A stretch of DNA of 64,000 nt from assembly GCF_009914755.1 (NCBI RefSeq), contig NC_060947.1. One strand, written 5' to 3'. Position numbers and translations under genes: made by a program. A model generated the notes under the pieces. That model did not search any database. It had not been told where the DNA came from and saw nothing but the letters and a program-made list of their open reading frames with translations. The number at the start of each line of letters is the position of its first letter. The first letter of the stretch is position 1. Below are positions 40,410 through 51,419 of the stretch, in pieces. Origin of the DNA: the human T2T-CHM13v2.0 reference genome, Homo sapiens.

Positions 40410-41340
40410 AAAACCATCTCTCTGCCTGTTTCTAGTAAAAGACACCACTACCCATCAGTTGCTGAAACCCCAAACCTGGGAGTCATCTCAGATTCCTACC
40501 TGTCTTTCACTCCCTGCTCTACTTTCAATAACATCTCCTATTGTCTCTTCCTCCAAAACATATCCTAAATTGATCAATTCTCAACCCCTCTAATATTACC
40601 AACCTCATTCAAGCCATTATCGTCTCTTGAATCATAGTCTAGCAAATAGTTACCTAACTGGTCTCCCTGTTTATATTCTTGATCTCATACCTACAGTCTA
40701 TTCTCCAGAGGGTAAGCAGAATGATTTTAAAGCAGAATCCGATCATTTCCCTCCCCTCCTTAAAACCCTCCAATGGTTCTGTTGTATTTAGAATGAAAGA
40801 AGAAAATCTTTTGCATAGCCTGCAAGGCTCTGCATAATTCAGCCGCAAACAAACCTCTCTGATCATGTGTTCCATCACTCATGTCCCTCATCTGTGGTCT
40901 TTCAGCTACAGTGGCCTTGCTGTTTCTGCCCCATACCATGATTCTTCCTACATTAAGGCCTTAAAATGTGCTGTTTCCTCTGCCTGCAATACTCTGTTTT
41001 CAGATCTTTCCATGGCTGGCTCTTTGCTGTCATTCAGGTCTCAGTGCAAATATCACCTCCTTGCCTAATCACCCAATCTTAAATAGAAGATACTGCCCCA
41101 TCAATGGTCACTCATAACCTGCTCTACCACCTACCCAGTTTTTTTTTCTTCATAATACTTAGAAGTTGAAATTTTCTTGTTTATTTCTTTATTTGTTCAT
41201 TATTTATCTTCCACTATCTGAATGTTTGCTCCATTATGACAGAGTATTTTTTCTGTTTTTGTTCAGTCATGTATCCCCTGAGCACCTAGGACCAATGTCC
41301 AGCATGTAGTATCCACTCAAAAAATATTTATTAAGCAATA
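40410..41340 (+). mobile_element. L2a 3' region
   Basis: ccaaacctgggagtcatc, ttaaaaccctccaatgg, ttcaggtctcagtgcaaatatcacctcc, ending cagcatgtagtatccactcaaaaaatatttatt. Confidence 0.8.
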
Positions 41341-41929
41341 CACTTTCTAAAGAAAGATGCCACATTTAGTTTGCTTCATCATTTGAAACATAGCTCTTTT
41401 GTGCAGCTTTTTTTTTTTTGCTAGAGTTTCTAATTGCCTTTTCTTCCCTCCGTCTCCCCCTCCCCTCCTTCCTTCCTTTCTTCTTTCCTGTCTCTGACAG
41501 AAGAGGCACTTGCTACTATTTCATCACTAAGAACCTCAAAGTTCTTACACATACAGTTTGTGGGATAGATTTATTTTCTTCTTAAAGGTATTTTTCAAGC
41601 ATTCCTCTAACTTCATGTCCAGATTGAATCAATTACCTTCTATCATTCTGGGATACATTTTTATTTCCCACTTTAAAAGTACGTCCTTGAATGTTTTTCC
41701 CAAAAAAAAATGAAAATGAAAATTTCCAAGTCTTTTAATGCAGAAAATGGCTTTACTTTGCCCTCTCAGTTGATTGTTTTTTCTAGAATAAAATTACAGG
41801 TTTTAATTTATTTCCCATTAGAACTTTAAAGACATTGTCCTTTACAGTTTTAATAAGGAGAGTAACATCAATCTGATCCCACTCCTTTAGAGATGACTGA
41901 TTTAATTGGTTTTCTTTTATATCAGGAAT

Positions 41930-43155
41930 CTTTTCATTTGTTCGCTTATTCCGCAAATGTTTATGGTGTATCTACTATATGTCAGGTAGTATTTTAGTAA
42001 CTAGATTTATAGAAATGAATAAAACATTGTTCATTGTTTTGTAGGCTAAAATCCCTGCCTCATGAAGCTTATTTTCTAGTGGGTAAAGAGAATAAAAAGT
42101 ATAAGTATATAAAATTTGTGGTATATAAGATGGTGATAAATCCTCGGTAGACAAATAAAGCATGGAGGGATAAGAAGTACTAGGGGAGGGGATTACATTT
42201 AGATAAGGTGGTCTTGGAAGTCTTCACTAGGAAAATGACTTTTGAGTAAAGATTTGAAGGAACCATAAGGATAAATCATGCCAATATCTGATGGGAAATA
42301 TTTCCAAGGAAAATGAATAGTCACAAAAGCCCTGATTTTAAAGCCAGGCAAGTTCATTTCAGAAATAGTGGGGAGGGCAGATAGACCCGTGGAATAAATG
42401 AATGAGTAGTGTAAGATGAAGTCATGGGCAAGTCATGGAAGATGTGATAGGTTAGAATAAAGAATTTGGTATTTACTCTGAGTGAGATATGAAACCACCA
42501 TCAGGTTTCAAAGAAAGTCTTCTGGATTGAAATAGACTAAATGTGGGCAAAGGCAGAAGCAAGGAGACTAGTGAGAAGGGTACTGCAATAATCCAGGTTA
42601 AGAATCATGATGGTTTGGATTACAGTGGTGGCAGTTGAAGTGGTGAGGAGTGTCTAGATTCTGGATATATTTTGAGACAGAGACAACAAGGTTTTCTGCA
42701 TGTGAAATAAAGGAGAAACAAGAGTCAAGGATAAATCAAAGTATTTTTTCCTAAGCAACTGAAAATATGCCATAATTAAAGTATGTGAGGGAAATTATAG
42801 GGGGATATTTCCTTTGGGTGGGGTGGGTGGGATATCAGAAGCTCAGTTTCATGTATCAATTTTGAGATGTCAAGTAGGCGGTTGGATATACCAATCTGGA
42901 TTCAGGAGAAAAATCCAGGATGAAGATTTAAAGTTAATACTCATCAGCCTATAACTGGTATTTAAATTCATGACACTGGATAATTCCTCTCAGGAAGTAA
43001 GAAGAGATAGAAAAGAGTACCAAGAACCAAGTCGTGAGTTACTTCAATGTTTACAGTCTGTGGAAATGAGAAACCAGCAAAGAGACTAGAAAGGAATGAC
43101 TTGTTATCAAGAGGGGAAATCTACAGTGAATGATGTTTCCTGGAAACTAAGTGAT
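41930..43155 (-). mobile_element. L2a 3' region
   Basis: ttcatttgttc…caaatgtttat…tactatatgtcagg; gcaataatccagg…gatggtttggattacagtggtggcag; agattctggatatattttga. Confidence 0.8.
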
Positions 43156-43259
43156 TTTTCTCTTTATCTTTCATGAACTGAAATTTCAACTTGGTATCTT
43201 TCAATACCAAGTAGGTAGGGGCCATTTTTTAAATCCTGTTTGGCCCTCAAAGGGCCCTT

Positions 43260-43408
43260 TTTATTTTATCACCCAGGTAATCAGCATAGTACTTGATAAG
43301 GAGTTTTTTTATCTCGCCCTCCTCCCACCCTTCACGCTTAAGTAGGCCATGGTGTCTGTTGTTCTCTTCTTTGTGTCCATATGCACTCAGTGTGTAGCTA
43401 CCACTTAT
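43260..43408 (-). mobile_element. Short L1PA16-like 3'UTR internal fragment
   Basis: ttattttatcacccaggtaatcagcatagtac…cctcctcccacccttcac…ctttgtgtccat…agctaccacttat. Confidence 0.7.
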
Positions 43409-43850
43409 TAATGATCCCAGGATTATCTGTTTCCTCTAGTGTCATTTTTTTTTCCCAATTCAGGCTAGTCCTTCTCTTTCATGTTGTTGTTTTTCCTCAA
43501 ACATCTAATTATCTATTATTGGTCATTTTTATTTATGCCTGCAGAACTATATTGACTAGAACAGTCGCTGGCATGGGTTTCTTTTACAGTTATACATGTA
43601 CATAACTCCAAAAGGCTACTCTCTAGATTGAAAATGCTGAATACTGAATATAGACTCTGTGGAAATGGGTTGACAGGCTTCTTTTTAGGATTTCTTAGTG
43701 GGAAGTAGGCAGGCTGCCTCAAGATTTCTCCATGTAAGTGCTAAAGTAAGGAAGTTTTTACTGTGGGAGTAGAGTAATTCAGAGTTCATTTTAGAAGTAG
43801 AAGACTTTCATGTGTTTCATTCCTTGATGAAGTTACCTTTCCTTGTTGTG

Positions 43851-44148
43851 TTTTTTGTTTGTTTTGTTTTGTTTTTGAGACAGAGCCTCACTGTCACGAG
43901 TTCAATGGCATGATCTAGGCTCACTGCAACCTCTGCCTCCCAGGTTCAAGTGATTCTGGTGCCTCAGCCTGCCAAGTAGCTGGGGCTACAGGTGCACGCC
44001 ACTGCGCCCAGCTAATTTTTGTATTTTTAGTAGAGACAGTGGTTCACCGTGACAGGCCAGGCTGGTCTGGAACTCCTGACCTCAGGTGATCTGCCCACCT
44101 TGGCCTCCTAAAGTGCTGGGATTACAGGAGTGAGCCACTGTGCCAGGA
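43851..44148 (-). mobile_element. AluS
   Basis: (gtttt)n tail, gaactcctgacctcaggtgatctgcccacct…gagccactgtgcc; TSD-like tttccttg(t)tgtgtttttt on both sides. Confidence 0.93.
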
Positions 44149-44894
44149 TTTCCTTGTGTTTTTTTTGTTTGTTTGTTTGTTTGTTTCACTTCATATGAGG
44201 TGTAGTGTCACAATACTCTGTACTCTGCCTCTTTACTTTGCTACGATATTCATAGTATTGGCCTTCTCTAGGAAAATATTCTACTCTGTTTAGGAAACTG
44301 TACTTAGAACTCCAGATAGGAATAAATATTATAGCTAGCTACTTTGTATGCATAGAATAGGGGGAGGGGACAGCTGGCCTTATTACCCATTGACAGTTTC
44401 CAATGTGACTACCCTGATATCTCTCCCACAGCCCATTTCTGCACTTAGCATCTAATGACTGTGAGCTTGGTACCTTTCAGGGGCTCTTACAAAGTATCTC
44501 CACCTCCCTGAGCCTTCTTCCATATGTATTTTGGATGACACCAGGCAGTGTGGTTCTAATCAATACACTATGATGCTTCACAATATATCTTTACTTTGAT
44601 TTGGTTGGGTCCATGAAGAATGGGGAAGTAAACAAAAGTGCTCAGTCATCTGGAACCAGAAATCCTGTGGCTATTTTCCAACTTTAAACACTAACTACAG
44701 TACTTTCCTCACTTTTTGGTTCATTTAATAAAATGTTTACAGCATTAAACTTTTTATGTATGATATATATGTATGATATACTCCTTTCAACAAACTGTTC
44801 TTAGCCTCCAGATATCGTACCACATGCTTACATTTTCTTCTTTTACCTGGTGGATGGAAATGGTGGCTAGGGAAGGGAAGAAGACCTAAGGTAT

Positions 44895-45055
44895 TTCATT
44901 TAATATCCTTTACAGCTTTATGAGGTGGATAATATCCCCATCTTACAAATGATGAAGCGGAGGCTTAGTGAATACAGGAACTAGCCCAGTGCCATTTGCA
45001 TTGTCAGTAGTAGACCTGGTATTGGAATCCAAGTCTATTTCACTATAAACCTATA
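44895..45055 (-). mobile_element. MIR fragment
   Basis: tttcatttaatatcctttacagc…tatccccatcttacaaatgatgaagcggaggcttag. Confidence 0.7.
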
Positions 45056-45704
45056 CTTGTGTTACAACAAGCTCCCTCCCCACCTTTCTGACATTGTCCT
45101 CTATAATAGAAAAGAACTCTGCCCAACTTAATGAATAATATTTGTAGGCATTAAAAATTAAAAATTAAAATTTCAACATGGTATGTATGAGAAGCATTGT
45201 AGTTATAGGATTTAATTGGTGATGAAGTGGTTTAGTGATTTATAATCTTTTTTCTTTGTGAAACACATTGTTTTTCAAATGTTAAGAATTCTTTCTCAAT
45301 GGGAAGGCTGATAGTTTGTGCCTTTTATTTCTGTCATAAGTTTAATGAATAACCAGTAAAATTCTGCTGGAGGTAGTGGTTGTGTGAGTAATTTTTGTTG
45401 TTCATGGTCTGAGTTTGCATTGCAGGCGGTTGCTCATCTTTTTCAATCTGGCAGCTTTAATAGAATAGAAAAGCAGCTATCCTGAATGCAGTTGACTGTT
45501 ACTGTCCAGCTGTAACAGTTAATCCCACAGGTACTTAGTTGTAGAGCTGTGAATGCACCCAATAAGCAACGATCTGAATAGATTGAGGGAAGTATATTGG
45601 AGAACTCAAGGAGCAGACTGGCTGTAGCAGGATAGACCCCTCAAACCAGGGCCATAGTGAGAAGTCCATCACTCTCTTCATTTTGCAGCCTCTTCTCCAC
45701 TGAC

Positions 45705-46147
45705 TGTCTTAGTCCATTTTGTGTTGCTATAAAGGAAGACCCGACTGGGTAATTTATAAAGAAAACAGTTTTATTTCACTCACAGTTCTGCAGGCTGGGA
45801 AGTCTGAGAAGCATGGCACTGGCATTTACTTGGTTTCTGGTAGGGCCAGGTGCTAGGTCAAAACAAGGTAGATGAGGTCAAAGGGGAAGTGGATACATGT
45901 AAAGAGAGAAAATCTGAGGGTCATCTTGGCTTTATAACAACCCACTCTCAAGGGAACTAATCCATTCCCAGGAGAGTCCCATGAGAGTGAGAACTCACTC
46001 ACTACTCTAAGAATAGCAACAAGTCCTTCATGAGGGATATGCCCCCATGACCAAAACACCTCCCACTAGATTCCACCTCCAAACACTACCACATTGGGGA
46101 TCAAATTTCAATATGAGTTTTGATGGGGGCAAACTCAAACCATAGCA
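45705..46147 (-). mobile_element. MST (MSTB-like) MaLR solo LTR
   Basis: tgtcttagtccattttgtgttgctataaaggaa…gcccccatgaccaaaacacctcccac…ggggatcaaatttcaa…caaaccatagca. Confidence 0.88.
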
Positions 46148-48039
46148 TACCATATAATCCACAGTTCAACATGCAGGAACACACAGAACACAGGAAAGCA
46201 CATTATAGTTACAATAGATCCACTTCTAGCTACTGAAAAAGTGCACTTGGGTCCTGGGGATAGTGCATCTGACCCTCTTAACCTCTGTAACTCACTTTTC
46301 CACCCCAGCTTTTCTGTCCTTCAATGAGTTTGCCCTTGTTCCTGGGGACTGCAGAGCTCAAGTGTGATGTTCTTGTCTATGTGCTGGGTCACCTTATAAA
46401 AACATACAGCTGCTCGTCCCTTGTGTGATGTCCTGATACCCATTCTTAGACCAGAGCATCTCAGGCCTGATTCTTTCAAGGCTGATTGGACTTTCCCCCA
46501 AACAAATGTTTATTTGGTTATTACTAAATGCAAAAAAACCTTCCATTATGAAAATAATACTAAAATGCTTATGAAGATAGAATCCGATAGGGCTGGAATT
46601 TGGGAGAGGTAAGAGAGATGAGCCTTGCAAGTGTTGAATCAGCTCTCACCAAAATATTTTCTTAACATTTGAAACAAGGGCAAGAAAAAAATCTCAGAAT
46701 TGCTGTTTTGCTTTTTATCACTTCAAATGAGAAGTATAAAAATGTGTTCAAAAGGTCTTAAGAGTGATATAAATGCAAAATGTGACTATGTAACTAAGTC
46801 TGGCTAATTCTTTGACTCACTAAAAATTTACACTAATTTGACCCTTTTTCCCCTAAGTCATGTAGAAAACAATAAGGTAGCAAACATATGCTGCAAGTGT
46901 CACTCTAAGCAGAAACAATGTGACCTGCTATTGGGGAGTATTTGGTTTAACTTTCCAGCCTTCCTTTCTTTTCTTAATTACCATTTACTTAGAACACAAA
47001 AGAAAGAGAAACACAGTGCTTAGCTCCCCATCACATTTATGGAGATGCCTTTTACAGTCCCAACTGAGAAAGGATAAGATGGCAATTGTATTTTACAAGC
47101 AATTAGAGGAATTTCTGGATTTCTACACACTCTGTGACTTGGCATCATGATAGAATCTAAAAGATTTTAATGTTAGTCCTGAAAGATGGTAAAAATCATG
47201 TCTTGTGATGTAGAAAATGGAAGTTTCTTCCAAAGCTGCATTAATGAGCCTATTTCCCTAAACCTCGTTAAGCCAACCATAGATGCTGTTCAGTTTCAGC
47301 CTATCTTACAGTTATTAGAAGATGATGTCAAAGTGGCAAAGATTTAGAATTTACAAGTTAAGACTTAGTGTTCAACTCTGGCCTTTGAACTACTCTTAAG
47401 TTATCTTCTAATTTAATTAAAGGCACATAACTAATTCAATAAGCTACACATATCCTGACTTGGAGTGCTTTGCAGGTAGTCTAGGAAAAGAGGAATAAAG
47501 AAACTACGTTTTTATAAATACAGTGTAGTACAGGTGTTACTGACTCCTGGAGATATTCAATTCCTGTGAATTAACAAACCAAAGCTGGAATTTGAGACAA
47601 GCCTGGAAAATTACAGATTAGATCATAGTAAAATAGGAAAAAAAATCAAAATCCAATGTAAGAAATTAAACTCAGTGTTTTTTTATTGGGGAAGGTATTC
47701 AACAGAGTGTGTGTGGTTGACCTAAAGGTACAAAATAAAGCTTGTACCTCAATTGGGGTAGCTCAAGTTTTTGTCTGCAGAAGCATGATGCTGTTCTGTC
47801 CTCTTTCATTTGGGATTGCCTAGGAGCATTCGAAAGGTGAGGATGAGAGTCAGCCATTTGACTTTATATCAATTGCTGTTTTAAGGAAGCCATTTCTTAA
47901 AGGTGTTCATTTCTGTTTCTATGTCCAAATTTAGGAATAAAATAAATACTACAAATATCCATTAAAGCAATCCCATTTTTCACACTGCTTTACAGTTTAC
48001 AAAGCACTTTGATCTCCCATCATTTAATTTAACATCTGA

Positions 48040-48450
48040 GAGGCAGGAAGGTAGCACAGTAGAGAGTTTGGGCTCTGGGTATCTGCCTAGTAGCTGTGTG
48101 CCGCTGGAAAAATATAGTGCCTGGCTGAGCCCCTATGTCTTCACTTGTCCTAAGGGGATCACAGTACCTACTTGTGAGAGGGATTGTGAGAAATAAAGAA
48201 AGAAATGCATGCCAAATGCCTGGTGCTGTCCTGGCACAGAAGGAAGCCCTAGCAAACATGAGCTCTCATTGTTATTAATATACCAAAGACCCTATAAATT
48301 AGACATGATTATTTCTAAACTACAATTCATGAATCCAAGGCTTGGGGAGGTGAAACAACTGGCCAAATTAGCAGAAAAAAAGGATTTGAACTCAAGTCTT
48401 CTTATTCACTTATTCAAGTTTAGAGCGTACTCCAGTCCCCATACCACAAC
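48040..48450. mobile_element. Two MIR fragments (plus ~48040-48265, minus ~48270-48450)
   Basis: cacagtacctac…agggattgtgag…cctggcacagaagg; aaggcttggggaggtgaaacaactggccaa…ggatttgaactcaagtct. Confidence 0.6.
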
Positions 48451-48461
48451 TGGTTAACTAG

Positions 48462-48948
48462 TGTATCTGTTTCCTATGACTTCTGTAACCAATTACTACA
48501 AACTTGGTAGCTTAAAACAACATAAATTTATTCTCTCACAGTTCTTGAGGCCAGAAATACAAAATCAGTTTCACTGGGCTGAAATTAAGGTGTCAGCAAG
48601 ACCCAATTCTTCCAGAGGCTCTACAGGAAAATCCATTCCTTGCCTCTTCAGCCTCTGGTGGCTGCTTACCTTCCTTTGCTTGTGGCTGCATCACTCAAAT
48701 CTCTATCTCTGTGGACACATTGCCTTATCCTTTTCTGTGGGTGTCAAATCTCCACTGCTTCACTTTTATAAGGCTACATGCGATTACATTTAGGGCCCAC
48801 CTGGATAATCTAGTGTAAATTCACCATCCTGAGATCTTTAACTTCATCACATCTGCAAAGTCCTTTTTGACCATATAAGGTAACAGAGACACATTACAGG
48901 GATTAAGACATGGATATCTTTTGAGAGCCAGTTATTGAGTCTACCACA
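48462..48948 (-). mobile_element. MLT1 (MLT1C-like) MaLR solo LTR
   Basis: tgtatctgtttcctatgacttctgtaaccaattactacaaacttggtagcttaaaacaac…gggcccacctggataatc…gtctaccaca; TSD actag/gctag. Confidence 0.88.
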
Positions 48949-49491
48949 GCTAGTATGGAAAAACTTGTCTGGGCGACCTGCACCTAGCTTGGTTTCTACC
49001 CCATGCCAGTTTATTCAAATGCAAATCCATCTCTATTCTCCTGCTGGCTTAGACATCTGGAGCCTTGCCAGCCAATCTGCTCCCTTAGCCTGCTTTTGCA
49101 TGAGCCTAGAACTTCAAAAGTCTGATTCCAGCTTCATCCTCAAGATCCACAATTGCCTTTCTGCTTGGGTCTGACCCTTACTGGTTTTTCATGCCTCTCC
49201 CCAACGTATGACCTGTACGCCCAGGGAATGCCCCCAAAAGTCAGGTTAATTCCATCTCATTCAACAAGGGTTGATCTACATTCTACAGTTAGAGAAGGGG
49301 ATAGTGGTGGAAGGCTCTGATGCACTCAGATTGACTAGGATGTGAGTCAAGGATTTCAGGGCTTACAACCCTGGGCATCTTCTCTAGGATAATGGTGCTT
49401 TGAGGAAGTTCTGGAGAAGGCTACTGCTCCACGGCTGGTGCTGGCTGCTCTGTAGGCCCCTGTATAATAATTTTACTGATGCTTATTGAAA

Positions 49492-49576
49492 TACACACAT
49501 ACACATACACACACACAACATACATGTATATATGCACATGTGTATGTGTGTGTATATATAATATATATACACACAT
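49492..49576. repeat. Imperfect (CA)/(TA)/(TG) microsatellite
   Basis: tacacacatacacatacacacacacaacatacatgtatatatgcacatgtgtatgtgtgtgtatatata…. Confidence 0.85.
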
Positions 49577-49582
49577 AGGATG

Positions 49583-49656
49583 AAGTATTTTGATGAAAAG
49601 TATAGGATATATCCGTAAGTATATGCATATATCCTATACTTTTCATCAAAATACTT
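49583..49656. repeat. Perfect 30-bp inverted repeat with 14-nt spacer
   Basis: aagtattttgatgaaaagtataggatatat (49583-49612) is the exact reverse complement of atatatcctatacttttcatcaaaatactt (49627-49656). Confidence 0.95.
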
Positions 49657-49879
49657 TATTGGTATATTCTAATTCACATGACAACTCAAATAATACCACT
49701 CAGTGGTTCTCATGCATTCATTTACTGAGAACCTCCTCCATGCCAGGCCCCTTTGCTTGGGGTTAGGGATACAGAGGTGAATCTCCTGTGGTCTACACTC
49801 TTACATGGATCACAGTTTAGGGAGTAGACAGATTTAGATATGAGTAATTAAAGAATAGAGTGATTTTTGCTATTAGACT

Positions 49880-50030
49880 ATGCAATCCTGGGATCAGGGT
49901 GAGGTGAGTGAGGTATACACGTAGGGCACAAAATTTAAGGAGTCTCCAAAATCTCAGTATTCAAGGTAATTAATATTTTACGGCAATACTTTGAAAAAAA
50001 TTAATGGGAAAAAAATCCATGATGAACAAA
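49880..50030. mobile_element. MER96B-like hAT DNA transposon fragment
   Basis: agggtgaggtgagtgagg…tagggcacaaaatttaagg…aaaaaatccatgatgaacaaaa. Confidence 0.6.
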
Positions 50031-50031
50031 A

Positions 50032-50126
50032 GTGCCTTCTTTTGCCATGTAAGGTAACATATTGACAGGTTTCAAGAATTGAGTCATGAATATCTTTGGG
50101 GAAGGGGCATTATTCATCCTACCACA
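50032..50126 (-). mobile_element. MLT1 LTR terminal fragment
   Basis: ttttgccatgtaaggtaacat…atatctttgggg…cattattcatcctaccaca; similar to the end of the LTR at 48462-48948. Confidence 0.7.
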
Positions 50127-51214
50127 GGTACTAACATGTGAATGAGCATAATACTTTGTGGGGCAGTGCCTGTAAAAGGGGAAGCTGGGAAGGGAGTGGC
50201 AGAAGTGAGTCCACCACCCACACTTACAGATAGTTACCTGTCTTCACATTGATTCTTGTAAGTGTTTGGGGGGTGCTGGCAGTTGCTGAGCTTTGGTTGG
50301 AAGTCTGTAGGATCTTTTCTCTTGCCAAAATAGACTAGGCCTGATCAACTTTGGCAATCACTGCTCTGGGAAGTCAAAGCAGGAGTTTGAATAGACATGT
50401 TCCACCTTGACAGGGTGCTAGCCAAACTTGGCATTATGGCCATCTGGAGAGATGACTAGTGATGTAGGTTCCATATGTGCTGGAGGGAATATTTTTTTGG
50501 ATTGGTCAATGCATTGACCGCTGTGGTGTCTAAAGCTAGCAAGCTTGAAATGTGTGAGTCGATAAGAGCTGATGCCTTCAGGATGACATTCTTGGAATGT
50601 TCCACCAACTTACTGAGGGTCACAATGGACAAAAGAGTTAGTGTGATGCAAATGTTAGAGGCAGCTCCTAATAGGCAGCAGATCAAGTTGAAATCTCTAA
50701 GCATATCTTGCTTGCATTGGAAAGAATTTGTCCTAGCCTGCTTCAATTTCAAGATAAGAGCCAGGGCAGTGTGAATCTTGATTAGGTTAATGCAGAAAAA
50801 GAAATAGAATACTTAGGAACAGAAAGTACAAGAAGGGCCAGGTTTACTAGCCCACATTATACCTCTCCTCTCCTGCCCCCACGTTTCATCCACATAGCAT
50901 CTACCTATTACAGAATCCTCCCAGAAGGTACATGTTTCATTTTTCAAACAGAAGCAATTTTCATAGTCTTCTAGTAGATCTTTAGTCATATTTCTATTTC
51001 CAAGTCAGGGTTACATCATGGTCAGCTAAGAAATATATCTTGTTTTTAATTTTTTTTTATTATAAGTGTAATAAATATTCATTCTAAAGAAACTGGGAAA
51101 GTATAGAAAAATGAGATAAGGGGAGAAATCATATAATCAAACCCCTGAAAAACTGATTATTGAAGTATATTTTCTTTCAGTTGTTTTCAATGCATAGTGA
51201 CTTTTCTATGCTTA

Positions 51215-51358
51215 GTTATATACATGCATGTGGGTATATATATATATGTGTGTGTATAGATGTAGAAATAGTATATATGTATATATATGTGTGTCTGTCT
51301 ATACAGGATACACACATAATATACACATATATACACAAACACATATGTATACATATAT
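51215..51358. repeat. (TA)/(TG)/(CA) low-complexity repeat
   Basis: tatatacatgcatgtgggtatatatatatatgtgtgtgtatag…acacatatatacacaaacacatatgtatacatatat. Confidence 0.8.
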
Positions 51359-51419
51359 GATTAAGAGTTTTTACAACTTTTTACTCTGATTATTTCTTAC
51401 CATTCTTTGTTCTCATCTA

